Assembly: GCA_964525995.1 (NCBI GenBank)
Contig: CAZGIM010000021.1
Location: 2,394 to 66,393, forward strand
DNA length: 64,000 bases
From: an uncultured Prolixibacteraceae bacterium
GTDB lineage: Bacteria; Bacteroidota; Bacteroidia; Bacteroidales; FEN-979
Direction: 5' to 3'
This document shows positions 36,665 to 46,465 of this stretch, piece by piece (position 1 is the stretch's first letter; each line of letters starts with the position of its first letter). The notes under the pieces were generated by a model, which was not told the DNA's origin, did not search any database, and worked only from the letters and a program-made list of their open reading frames with translations. The position numbers and the translations under genes are program-made.

Positions 36665-38474
36665 AAGAAAATCCGATCAGGTGGGTTCCTGAATGGTTGG
36701 GAATGATCAGCGAATTATCTCTATCCGCCATCGGGAAGTCAATTAATCGTTCGGTAGCATAACTTGAAGTGCTTTCCATGTGGATCTTTTCATCCGAATG
36801 GTTCAGGCAGAAAAGATGTTGCCCGTCGTTACTGAACGTGGCAAAGGCCGGCCAGGCACCTATATTCCAGGTTCCTTTAATATGATCCAAATCGGAAGCA
36901 TCGAAGGCATACAGTTCATAGGCGGAATTCTGCTTGTTGCCTCCCCCGGAAGGCATAACCACCGTAGTGCCCTGCCGATTGATGGTGATTTTCCGCTGAT
37001 TATCGCCTCCGGATTTTGACTGCAACTGCTGCAAAACATCATTGGCAACGCTGTATTTTTTAATATTCGAGTAATAATCTGGTGCAGTAAAAAGCCAGCG
37101 ATTTACCGGATCAAGGGCCATTGACTCCCCGTCGATCGTCAGTCCCGATTGAATCACGATCCCGTCATTCTGGTTAATGATAACCAGCTTACTACTCTTG
37201 GTCAAGACATAAATGCGGCGGTTGATATCGTCATTCACGACATCGAGCCCTTTTTCAGAGGCAGAATAGGTAATATCGGTCAATTGATGGGTCAACCGGT
37301 TGTAACGGGTAAGAATTCCCGAAAATTCATATACAATGAAGAGTGTGCGATCCTGTTCCGAATACCAAATGGCAATCGGGGCCGGCTGGTTCAGCTCGAT
37401 GGAATCCGTCAGGCTGTGATTCACCGGATCAAGGATGAGCAGTCGTTTATGGGTCATGTCAGTAGCAAAAACCGTATGATCGTCTTCAGTTGCAGCCATA
37501 TCGGAGATGATCCCGTTGCGAATCAGTCCGGGACTAACCACCACATCAATATAGTTTGACCATCCGTAACCACCCTGGGCATCGATGGCCTTGGCCTGAA
37601 TCCTCCAGTTTCCCGAAGGAACCAGCGACCATACGTAGTCGTAAAAGCTTGGTCCCGTGACCGTAGCCAGAAGTGTGTTATTGATGTAATATTCCACTTT
37701 TTGCATTCTATAGTCTGGATCCTCGACGTCGGATTCAATGTCGATGGTGCTTCCCGGGAAATAGAGTGTCTTTGAGGGGTCAGGGATCAGGGAGATCGTA
37801 ATCGTGGGAGGACGGTTTTGGTAAACGGAATATTCAACAACCTGCGACATTCCTTCATGACCTTTGACATCAATGGCTGAAGCATACACCCGGTGCCCGC
37901 CACGAGGAATATAATTCCATGAAAAAGAGTATGGTAACGTCTCCGACTGACCCCTTAGGGTGTCATCAATGTACAAAAATGTTTTGCGGATGGTTCCTTC
38001 GGTCGATACGGCATTGACGGTGAAAAGAACAGTATCACCCACCAGTAAATATTGAGTCCAGGGCATGGCAGTCATATTTACTGATACCTTAGGGTTGGAA
38101 ATGATCCGCACCGACAGGTAGGCGGGATCAGATGCTGCATTTAGGTCATCATAAGCGATTACGCTGAGCGTATGATTCCCGAATCCAAGGTTTTTCAGCA
38201 AATACTGGAACGGAGCGTCCGTCATCGTGGTAACCAGCTTGTTGTCGATATAAAACCGCAAATCTGAAACCGAACCGTCGGCATCATAGGCCGACACCCT
38301 GACCATGATACTATCTTCCTTGTACATCGATACCTGTTGAATGGGGTCGACAATGGTACAAACGGGTTTATCGTTCAGTTTTTCCTTGATTTTTTTACAT
38401 GAAGGCATAATGAACAGAAGGGATAATGCCGTAAGAACGACTATCCTGCCAATTCCTGGTTTCAGATAAAACAT
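36615..38474 (-). CDS. lipoprotein with three Ig-like domains and a C-terminal beta-propeller (paralog a)
   Basis: Signal/lipobox LLFIMPSC. Collinear with 34754..36664 (for example SAYDADGSVSDLRFYIDNKLVTTMTDAPFQYLLKNLGFGNHTLSVIAYDD against ADASDSDGSITAVFFYFDNKLFATVLEAPYTCLLKNLPEGEHSVSVMAVDD). Confidence 0.7.
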   Translation of the reverse strand: MFYLKPGIGRIVVLTALSLLFIMPSCKKIKEKLNDKPVCTIVDPIQQVSMYKEDSIMVRVSAYDADGSVSDLRFYIDNKLVTTMTDAPFQYLLKNLGFGNHTLSVIAYDDLNAASDPAYLSVRIISNPKVSVNMTAMPWTQYLLVGDTVLFTVNAVSTEGTIRKTFLYIDDTLRGQSETLPYSFSWNYIPRGGHRVYASAIDVKGHEGMSQVVEYSVYQNRPPTITISLIPDPSKTLYFPGSTIDIESDVEDPDYRMQKVEYYINNTLLATVTGPSFYDYVWSLVPSGNWRIQAKAIDAQGGYGWSNYIDVVVSPGLIRNGIISDMAATEDDHTVFATDMTHKRLLILDPVNHSLTDSIELNQPAPIAIWYSEQDRTLFIVYEFSGILTRYNRLTHQLTDITYSASEKGLDVVNDDINRRIYVLTKSSKLVIINQNDGIVIQSGLTIDGESMALDPVNRWLFTAPDYYSNIKKYSVANDVLQQLQSKSGGDNQRKITINRQGTTVVMPSGGGNKQNSAYELYAFDASDLDHIKGTWNIGAWPAFATFSNDGQHLFCLNHSDEKIHMESTSSYATERLIDFPMADRDNSLIIPNHSGTHLIGFSYEETYNPRYVIYFFDL

Positions 38475-38553
38475 AATCCGGTAATATTCTGTTTGATTAA
38501 CATTATGGTAGATATGATACCCGTTTGCTGTACTTTAATGAAAAACCTGAGAA

Positions 38554-39726
38554 TCAGATATACTCCGTTTTTTGATGATAGCTAACATTCTTTTCCCCTA
38601 AACCCTTTAACAGATAATCGACACATCCGGGTTGTTGTCCGACGAACTCCGGTACTGAAATTCCTTTTCGGGTGAACACTCCGTCGGCAATCATCCTAAG
38701 GGCAACGGTGGCAGTGTAGCCGGTGGCGCGGGCCATCGAATGGATCCCGGTGGTTTCATCATACCGGTCAATCAAATCCCAGGTAAACCTGATCCGTTTA
38801 CCATCTTTTTTACCTTCAACAACCACCTTCATGACCGTGATATCGGCTTCACCCTCCCTCAATTTCCACTTAGGAAAGAGCAGCCGGGCCGTCAGATCGA
38901 TCGGACGGATCAGTGAACCATTCACTTCAACCTCGTCACGGCTGAAAAAACCGGTCTCCCGCAGCATCCTCATCTTCTCGATATGGCCGGGATACCGTAA
39001 CGTTTTCTCCTTCATGTTCCGGCACTTGACGGTTCGAACCAGCGATCTCAAACCGTCGGTGTTAAAGGCCTCCAGGGTGCCAACTCCCGGAAAATCGATC
39101 AACTCAGGATCGGAGAGGGCCGGTTTTACGACCATGATGCCATTTTCGATAAACCGGGCAGGCCTGAGGTATTCTTCGATCACGTCAACGGGCGAAAAGA
39201 CCGCCTTGTATTCATAGGGCCACTCACGCACCACAGGCAATCCGCCTACCAGGTAGATAACGTCATCGGTTTCATCCAATTGCGAATCGGCGTATCCGAT
39301 CAGTACATTGCACATACCCGGTGCAACGCCCATATCCATCAGAGCCGTGACTCCTTTTTGTTCTGCAAGATCATTTAGATCAAAAGGATCCTCTATGAAG
39401 AAGGCAATATCGACTACATTTTTACCCGCTTCGATTATGGCCTTCAGGGTTTGATACCCCATAAAACCCGGCACTGCATTGATGGCCATATCGAAATCGG
39501 AAACGAGCTGGGTTATATCGGCTGGATTGCTAAGGTCGCGCTGTATGGTTCGGATGGTTTTCGAGGAAGGGATCACTTTCCCGGCGGATGAATTCCATCG
39601 TTGTTCAACGGCCTGGAGGTTGGCCTTGCTGAGGTCGGCTACTGTGACATCAAAATGTGGATCTTTTGCCAGGTCAAGGGCCATAGGGCCACCAACGAGT
39701 CCGGCTCCGAGTACAAGAATTTTCAT
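38554..39726 (-). CDS. saccharopine dehydrogenase family NAD(P)-binding protein
   Basis: Rossmann start MKILVLGAGLVGGPMALDL. The ~390-aa length and the C-terminal region are consistent with the Sacchrp_dh_NADP plus Sacchrp_dh_C architecture. Confidence 0.7.
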   Translation of the reverse strand: MKILVLGAGLVGGPMALDLAKDPHFDVTVADLSKANLQAVEQRWNSSAGKVIPSSKTIRTIQRDLSNPADITQLVSDFDMAINAVPGFMGYQTLKAIIEAGKNVVDIAFFIEDPFDLNDLAEQKGVTALMDMGVAPGMCNVLIGYADSQLDETDDVIYLVGGLPVVREWPYEYKAVFSPVDVIEEYLRPARFIENGIMVVKPALSDPELIDFPGVGTLEAFNTDGLRSLVRTVKCRNMKEKTLRYPGHIEKMRMLRETGFFSRDEVEVNGSLIRPIDLTARLLFPKWKLREGEADITVMKVVVEGKKDGKRIRFTWDLIDRYDETTGIHSMARATGYTATVALRMIADGVFTRKGISVPEFVGQQPGCVDYLLKGLGEKNVSYHQKTEYI

Positions 39727-39738
39727 TGTTAGGATTGT

Positions 39739-42168
39739 TTAATAATATCCGGTTAAAGTTACAACTGCCCGGTTGAACCGGACTTTACAAAGGGACTTGT
39801 TCCAAATATAACATTTCAGAACACAGTTAGAATCAAGATGCAGATAACTCATATCGAAGCGGTCACGGATTTTCAGGGAGGTCCATGGTTTATAGGGCGG
39901 GCATTCACCCGATTTGTCACAAGGCAGTCTGGTTGCATGCCAAAGAAGTAGTTTCCCTCCTGCCCCGGTAAGATCGGTTACAATCAACGGAACCATTTCG
40001 GGATTGGTTTCCTGAGTCGCCAACCCAAGGGTCAATTCCAGATCGATCATCTTTATTCCCGGGTAGATCTTCAGTTCGTGAACAAGGGCTCTGAATTCGC
40101 CCAATGAATCAGCAGGATTTAGCTGAACGGTATCCTGGTTTTTGAGGAAGCGTCCCTGTATCTTTTCCTCAAAAAAGATCTCCGGCGGGATGAGCCGGTT
40201 CTGTTTGGTGATATAGGTGTTGAGAATCTTGAAATCGTTGAGATTTTTAATCATCTTTTGCTGAACAACGGGAAGTATGGTATCTTTTATCCAGAACTCC
40301 GGATAGACTCTGAACAACATTTTTTGATTCAGGAAGTAATCTCCTTCCAGGTACTCCAGAATCTCTTTATTATTCAGGATGAAAGGGAGTGAATGTAGGT
40401 TCCGGGGACTCCTTGCAGTGTCGATTCCGGTACCAAGCCAGGCTGTATATGGACGGGTTTTCAGGTTGTAACGGGCTTTAAGGAGTGACAAGAAGGTAGG
40501 CGTAATGTCGAGGTGAGAGGAGACCGATCTGAAAAACTCCGGTTTTTTCAGCAGGGGGGAATAGATCAGAAGCGGAACGTTGTAATGAGCCATGCCTGAA
40601 AAACGGAAAAGATTGAGTTCCGGGAGGCCGTGGTCGCCGGTGATGATGAAAATGGTATTCCGGTAATCGCTTCGTTTCCTGTACCGGTCAAAAAATTTCC
40701 TCAGGGCATCGTCGGTATAAAGAACCGTCGCAAAAATATTCCGGTACTTCACAATGTCGGATCTGTTCGGTGCGTCAGTCGGAATCCGGCGAAGTCGTTC
40801 TTCGACCCTTGAAAGATAATCGTCCTGACGGGGTGGGATGAATGGGCTGTGCAGCGAAAGGGTGAGGTAAATGTCGAGCCTCGGCGACCGGTTGGCCGAA
40901 TCGATAGCCTCAAGGGAGCGTGAAAAGAGATCTTCGTCGGAGTATCCCCAACTGTAGCCGTCGTTGATCATGTTCTCCTTCTTAAAACGGGGTCCGAAAT
41001 ACTTCAGAATATAGTGCGTCCCCTGCCTTTTGATGAACTCCTCCATAAAGTTAAACGCCGGATCGCCCCCGTAATAAAACCCCGTGAAATAACCATTTTC
41101 GCGCAACAACTGGATCAGGGTAAGATGCGATGGCATCCGGGAGGCTTCGCCAATAAAGGTCGGATCGCCCGGGGGCAGAGAGCCGAACATGGCTGGCAAA
41201 ACATTAAAGGTACGGTCGGAGGTTGCCAGAAAATTGTTCCAGAACAGGCTTTTCCCTGCGAGGGAATCAAGAAATGGCGTAAAACTGCCGTAGATCGGGT
41301 TATTCCCCATAAAACAGGGTGATAGTGATTCAACGATGATGAATACCAGGTTGGGAGGTTCTTTCTGAAGATTGAAAAACGGTCCGAGCACATCCCTTGT
41401 CTTCTCCGTGTGGAGAAAGGGATAGCCGGTACCTGTGTATTCGAATTCGGGATGGCTCTGCTGCCAGCTCATCGCAGCAGCCTCCGTTTTCCGTAAGTCA
41501 GCGTCCGTTTTTGATTTAAATTTATACCGAAGGGTATGATCCAGAAACCAGTAACTTTTATTGAGGGTAACATGGTACTCAAAACGGTTGGTAAACCCGG
41601 ATTCCTTCAGCTCAAACATGTACCCCAACGGAATGGCGATCAGCGCGACGATAAAGAACAATACCACGATGTACGGAGGGATTTTAATTTCTACAGTCAG
41701 GGCGATGACACAGGGACAGAGTGCGACTATAACCAGCAGCGGGAACCAGGTACTGAAACTAATCCCGGCCGAACTTCGGGCGATCAGGATCATTTCATTC
41801 CAGGAATAGGAAAAGATCACCTGGTCGAGCGGCACAAGGGTAATGATGAAATACTGGAACAGCGCCCATTCCGCCGCAACATAGATCAGAAAGGAGAGGG
41901 CAAGAAAGGTCAACCCGATCCATCTCCGCAGGTAGGCTAATATCAGAAAAGGTATTAGTAAAAGGAAACCCGCTATTAACCAGACCCATGCATCCTGCAC
42001 GAATCCCTGAAGTTCGAGGATCTTTGCATGTGCCGGAAGGGTGTGTGCGGCGCCCAGGTAAAAGTACTGCAATACTCTGCCTGACAGCAGAATGATCACG
42101 GCAAACAGGTTGAAACCGGCAAAGTCCGACAGCAGGTGCGATATTTTAGATGTCTGATTTTTTCTCAT
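39739..42168 (-). CDS. LtaS-like (alkaline-phosphatase/sulfatase-fold) polytopic membrane enzyme with extra C-terminal beta-rich domain
   Basis: Five or six N-terminal TM helices. Sulfatase-fold core NLVFIIVESLS...TSDRTFNVLP...ITGDHGLPE. A ~145-aa C-terminal extension ends in ...VLKCYIWNKS. Confidence 0.7.
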   Translation of the reverse strand: MRKNQTSKISHLLSDFAGFNLFAVIILLSGRVLQYFYLGAAHTLPAHAKILELQGFVQDAWVWLIAGFLLLIPFLILAYLRRWIGLTFLALSFLIYVAAEWALFQYFIITLVPLDQVIFSYSWNEMILIARSSAGISFSTWFPLLVIVALCPCVIALTVEIKIPPYIVVLFFIVALIAIPLGYMFELKESGFTNRFEYHVTLNKSYWFLDHTLRYKFKSKTDADLRKTEAAAMSWQQSHPEFEYTGTGYPFLHTEKTRDVLGPFFNLQKEPPNLVFIIVESLSPCFMGNNPIYGSFTPFLDSLAGKSLFWNNFLATSDRTFNVLPAMFGSLPPGDPTFIGEASRMPSHLTLIQLLRENGYFTGFYYGGDPAFNFMEEFIKRQGTHYILKYFGPRFKKENMINDGYSWGYSDEDLFSRSLEAIDSANRSPRLDIYLTLSLHSPFIPPRQDDYLSRVEERLRRIPTDAPNRSDIVKYRNIFATVLYTDDALRKFFDRYRKRSDYRNTIFIITGDHGLPELNLFRFSGMAHYNVPLLIYSPLLKKPEFFRSVSSHLDITPTFLSLLKARYNLKTRPYTAWLGTGIDTARSPRNLHSLPFILNNKEILEYLEGDYFLNQKMLFRVYPEFWIKDTILPVVQQKMIKNLNDFKILNTYITKQNRLIPPEIFFEEKIQGRFLKNQDTVQLNPADSLGEFRALVHELKIYPGIKMIDLELTLGLATQETNPEMVPLIVTDLTGAGGKLLLWHATRLPCDKSGECPPYKPWTSLKIRDRFDMSYLHLDSNCVLKCYIWNKSLCKVRFNRAVVTLTGYY

Positions 42169-42253
42169 CGATGATCGACATGGACTGCCTGCCTGGTCTC
42201 AGGGGATTCCGTAATCTTTACCCGATCCATTTGGCCGGATAAAGTTATAAATT

Positions 42254-42625
42254 TTACATCTTTCTTTGCAAATATTCAGCCTTTTTAATCCGTTCGGACA
42301 TTTCGACAGGCTCAATGTCCGAATCCGCAATTCCCGGAAACTGTGAGTAATTCTTGGAAAGGTCGCTGAGCCTGTCGAAGCGACCATTTACCAGTGCTCT
42401 TTTTTTCTTCCTACTCCATCCTTGTACTTGTTTTTCACGATAAAAAGCATCTTCTATTCTTTGAAATTCCTCAAAATAGACCAATTTTACAGGTAAATGT
42501 CTTTTTGTATAGTACGAACCTTCACCATTTTGGTGTTGGGCTATCCTATTTTCCAAATTGATTGTACTGCCTGTATAATAGTTGCAATTGGAACATTCCA
42601 GAATATACATATATCCTCTCATCAA
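42254..42625 (-). CDS. GIY-YIG nuclease family protein
   Basis: YMYILECSNCNYYTGSTINLENRIAQHQNG...Y.......L.Y.E.F....A..REKQ.K.W.R.KK pattern. Confidence 0.85.
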   Translation of the reverse strand: MMRGYMYILECSNCNYYTGSTINLENRIAQHQNGEGSYYTKRHLPVKLVYFEEFQRIEDAFYREKQVQGWSRKKKRALVNGRFDRLSDLSKNYSQFPGIADSDIEPVEMSERIKKAEYLQRKM

Positions 42626-42681
42626 TTAGTATTTGTTTTGGTTTCTTTTTGTTTGTGATTGTCTTCGGCAAACTCAGCTGG

Positions 42682-44631
42682 CTACTCAATCGTGACCTCA
42701 AAGATCTCTCCTACGTAATCGGCGCCCGGGAAAGGAATGTTATCCTGCGAATAGGCGGAACCGATCCACCATTTCGTATTATGGAATTCCTGCGTAATGA
42801 TCAGCAACATCTGGTTATTCGGGATGGAAGTTATCGATTCATCCATGTACCCTACCACACGCAATTTTTCCTTTTCCGGTCCGATGCGCCAGATGATCTT
42901 ATCGGGCTGCCAGTCGATCTGGAAATAATAGTACGGCGCGGCAAAGAGTTCATCGTCGGGTTCCGGGGTCTTCTGGGTCAATGCGCGGTAATTCTTATCC
43001 CAACGGTGTGCCCAGTAGGTCGTGCTATCATAACGAACGGGATAACAACCATCGCTGAAGTGGGCGGGTTGCCAGCAGGCCATATCCCAATTGGTACACG
43101 AAACCATGATTCTGCCGTCGTCGGCTGTCACCTCCTCTGGAAAGGGCACATTCCAGTTCAGAACGTTATTCTGATCATCAATTCCATGGTTATAAACCGG
43201 GGGAAGCACCCAGGATGGGCAATAGGGAACGGTTTTCAGAATCTCGAAATCGATCTCCGAATATCCCACATTCTTCACCCGCTGGTCTTGCTGGCCTCCA
43301 TAGTAGTTGGCCATATAACCGCCGTTGCTGCAGTCGCGGCGCAGGTTCCAATCGGCCTGCGACTGGGTGATCAGCCAGATGGCATTGGTCAGCCCGTTCC
43401 ACATCCCATGCTTGTTGAGCAACTCGGTCAGCTTACATTTTACGGTCCATTTACCAAAAGTCATCCCATGCCTGGTGATCACACCGACATTTTGTTTTTG
43501 CCACTTCCCGAATTCGGATTTCGGATTCCGGATGATGATCTTATGGTTCACGGGATCAGAAACAACCGTTTGACAAGGTATTTCAGCAACCAGCGCCGTG
43601 GTGGCAATGAGCTCTTCTTTTCGGTAAAACCTGCGGTTCCAGTTATAATCCATCCGTGTGTAAGGATCATTCATGATATCGGTAATGACCGGAATGTTGT
43701 TGAGTTTTGTCGATGGATCCACATAATGAACAAATTGTTCGAAAGCTGCATTGCGGTACCAGGATGAATCCTGACCGCAACATGGGGTTTTCCCCTTTTC
43801 GGCCTCCTCTTTTGAATAGGCTGATGGATTGACATAGATCCCGGCTCCGGGGTCGGGGTTTGCCACCACTTTCAAAGTCTGTGGAAATTTCTGGATAATG
43901 GTGTTTGGCAGGGAGGCTCCCGGTCCGTACAGAAAATAAAAATAGGGATTGACAAAGCCCTCGGGTGAAGGCGTGCCGATCTGCTGAACGTTTATCGGGA
44001 TGATCTTATTTTGCACATTTTCGGGGATGGTAACCACCAGCATAAAGCTGTACGCTCCCACCCTCAGGTTACGCTTGAACCGGTCGTTATGGCCATCGGC
44101 AAAGTAACGTGGTTCATTCCGGGGGTTGCCGACGATCCTGAATTTTGAGGTCACCTGGTGAAAATCACCGTCGGCCGGGATCATCTCTGTTTCTACAAAG
44201 GTCACGTCCTGTTCTTCCCAGCTCCCGTAAAAGTTTTCCCAGGCCTGGGGATGCTGGCGCAGGCTGTCGGCCGGATCGCGTTCGGGGAATTTATACGATT
44301 CGTTCTGGTAAAATATTTTGTACATGAATTTCCGCGGTGCGGTCCCGGTATTCCTGATGCTGAATTCCAGCCTGAAATATCCTTCTTCTGTCTGATTCGG
44401 CGAAGGAACCACGAATCCGCCGGAGATGGCCCCGGAATAGTCGAGCGACAGGGTTACGCCGGATTTCCAGTTGGCAATGGGATTGAATTTTTTTACGACG
44501 AACTGTTCGCTTGCAACCTCCGGTGACTTTGCACCCTGACCACAGGATAACAGGAACCATGGGAAAAACAGGAAGGCCAGGAAAACGATTAAATTGTAAT
44601 TTTTTATAGATCTGTTTATTTTTTCAGGCAT
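42682..44631 (-). CDS. lipoprotein with C-terminal GH16-like (concanavalin-like glucanase fold) domain
   Basis: Lipobox LLSCG. The C-terminal part has FGKWTVKCKL, NAIWLI, the GH16-type catalytic string EIDFE, then YYYFQIDWQPDKIIW. The N-terminal ~330 aa is unassigned. Confidence 0.55.
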   Translation of the reverse strand: MPEKINRSIKNYNLIVFLAFLFFPWFLLSCGQGAKSPEVASEQFVVKKFNPIANWKSGVTLSLDYSGAISGGFVVPSPNQTEEGYFRLEFSIRNTGTAPRKFMYKIFYQNESYKFPERDPADSLRQHPQAWENFYGSWEEQDVTFVETEMIPADGDFHQVTSKFRIVGNPRNEPRYFADGHNDRFKRNLRVGAYSFMLVVTIPENVQNKIIPINVQQIGTPSPEGFVNPYFYFLYGPGASLPNTIIQKFPQTLKVVANPDPGAGIYVNPSAYSKEEAEKGKTPCCGQDSSWYRNAAFEQFVHYVDPSTKLNNIPVITDIMNDPYTRMDYNWNRRFYRKEELIATTALVAEIPCQTVVSDPVNHKIIIRNPKSEFGKWQKQNVGVITRHGMTFGKWTVKCKLTELLNKHGMWNGLTNAIWLITQSQADWNLRRDCSNGGYMANYYGGQQDQRVKNVGYSEIDFEILKTVPYCPSWVLPPVYNHGIDDQNNVLNWNVPFPEEVTADDGRIMVSCTNWDMACWQPAHFSDGCYPVRYDSTTYWAHRWDKNYRALTQKTPEPDDELFAAPYYYFQIDWQPDKIIWRIGPEKEKLRVVGYMDESITSIPNNQMLLIITQEFHNTKWWIGSAYSQDNIPFPGADYVGEIFEVTIE

Positions 44632-44670
44632 TGTGGTCAGGGATTATCAAAGTCTCAAAAACGCTTCTGC

Positions 44671-46455
44671 TCATCGCTTTTCATCCGGTTCTAACGAATA
44701 CAAATGGATGAAATCGGGCAGGATGGATTCATAATGCCGTTCCAGGGCCACCGATCCGTTTACCAGGAATGCCGGATGGCCGGGATTGCCCGAATTCAGC
44801 GGGATCAAGTTTAGTTTCTCATAGAATTTCGGATTCATCCCTATATCGTATCCCCTGAAATCGAGCGATGAGATGATGGTAAAAGCGGTGTCGGAAAAAC
44901 GGATCTCCTTCAGATCAAACCGCCAGTCGCGGTTATACCGTAACACCCTGTATCCGGATCCGGATTTCAGAACGAAAAACCGGTCGTCGGGTTTCAGGGT
45001 ATCGAGGCCCATGGTCAATCCGAAGCGCTCATGTTTCCGGGGACTTAATGAATTCCATCGTTGAGTCAGCGGATCAAAATCAAGGATCGAATAAACGGTA
45101 ACGGAACCATTCAGGGGGCGGGAAACGGTAAGAACGACATCATGACCGATCCTTGGTAAAAACCTCCCGCCGGTCAGGGTGGAGCGGGCTTCAACAGGAT
45201 CCCAGAGTTTTACCGGATTCTGTTGGGATTTGTTAACCGGTTTCCAGGTCATCACATTGCCGGGGCCTGTTACAGCCGATAATAGCTGCCATTCCCCTCC
45301 GGCCGAAACAATCAGGATCTCCGGGTTATCACTGCCTGTAAAGTTGCCACATACCAGCGTGCTGACAGCCTGATCCGATTTTGAGAGAATAACCAGGCTG
45401 GTCTGCAAGGTTGTGTTTTGCTGGCAGGGTTGCCTGACCTGTTTCAGCTCACCCAGCAGCCACCCTTTCTCCGATTCGACAACGATCCGGTCGGGCTGGT
45501 TGTGTGCTGACTTCAGAATATGCAGTTTTTTGACCCTGCCGCAGGATGTGGTTGCCGTCGGGTTGGAAACCGGTACCTTGTTAAACGTCCGGGAATCGCG
45601 GCAATAGATAAAAGCAGCGACCTTACCGGCCGAACTGATGGAAAAAAGTCCGTCGTCACCGGTATTGAAGAGATCGCCTGCAATCGTCAGGTCAAAAGGG
45701 TTCAGATCGGCAGGATTCAGTTTTATTTCTGGTTCTTCCTTTTTGAGGAAGGTCACGGGGAAGGGCGGGTGGTTGAATTGCGGTGTGAACCTTCCCCGGG
45801 TCAGATCCACACGGGCCGAATCGCCTCTGCGTTCCGGGGCGCCTCCGAAGACGGCATAATAATCATCAACCAGAATGTCAGTACTGCTCGTATTCCAGAA
45901 ATAGATCTGAACCTTGTAGCCCGGCTTAAAGGTGATCGATGTGAGATCGAATTGTCCCGAAACCTTGAACCATGTTCCTTTTGGCACCTCGGGTTCACGG
46001 ATCCCGATGCCCTGCCAGCAAACGTTGACGCCCAGTTCGTTCGATGCAGTAAAAACCAGGCTGCCTTTAACCTCTTTCCGGGTCGGAAAAACGTATATCC
46101 ATGCGCTGATGGCGACACTTTTCAGGTTTTCGATGCCGATTTCTTCCGCAGTTCGCTCCATCGCATTGCTGAAGCTGTTCTGTCCGAATGCCTTCACCGA
46201 ATATTGACCCGAATGGGCCAGTCCCTTGTAAAAGCCACCCGGCACGGATTTCCCGGGAGCTACCTCAAAATCGTAACTGTAAGCATTTGGGGGAAGGGTG
46301 CGTACTTTACCCTGGGCGGAATATTCCTGTTCCGGGGCGGAGGGCATTCTTACCACCTTTGTAAAGGGAAAAAACTTCAATCCGACAGGAACCGCAATAG
46401 CTGTTAAGGCCAGCAATACGACAACGAGGGTGATCCTTCTGTTTTTTTTAGTCAT
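44671..46455 (-). CDS. N-terminally anchored protein: YFWN-type beta-sandwich domain plus FG-GAP/VCBS-like repeats
   Basis: TM anchor ITLVVVLLALTAIAVPVGL. Residues ~58-205 end in KVQIYFWNTSSTDILVDDYY. FG-GAP-like motifs present (AGDLFNTGDDGLF, CGNFTGSDNPEILIV). Confidence 0.65.
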   Translation of the reverse strand: MTKKNRRITLVVVLLALTAIAVPVGLKFFPFTKVVRMPSAPEQEYSAQGKVRTLPPNAYSYDFEVAPGKSVPGGFYKGLAHSGQYSVKAFGQNSFSNAMERTAEEIGIENLKSVAISAWIYVFPTRKEVKGSLVFTASNELGVNVCWQGIGIREPEVPKGTWFKVSGQFDLTSITFKPGYKVQIYFWNTSSTDILVDDYYAVFGGAPERRGDSARVDLTRGRFTPQFNHPPFPVTFLKKEEPEIKLNPADLNPFDLTIAGDLFNTGDDGLFSISSAGKVAAFIYCRDSRTFNKVPVSNPTATTSCGRVKKLHILKSAHNQPDRIVVESEKGWLLGELKQVRQPCQQNTTLQTSLVILSKSDQAVSTLVCGNFTGSDNPEILIVSAGGEWQLLSAVTGPGNVMTWKPVNKSQQNPVKLWDPVEARSTLTGGRFLPRIGHDVVLTVSRPLNGSVTVYSILDFDPLTQRWNSLSPRKHERFGLTMGLDTLKPDDRFFVLKSGSGYRVLRYNRDWRFDLKEIRFSDTAFTIISSLDFRGYDIGMNPKFYEKLNLIPLNSGNPGHPAFLVNGSVALERHYESILPDFIHLYSLEPDEKR

Positions 46456-46465
46456 TAATCAGATA

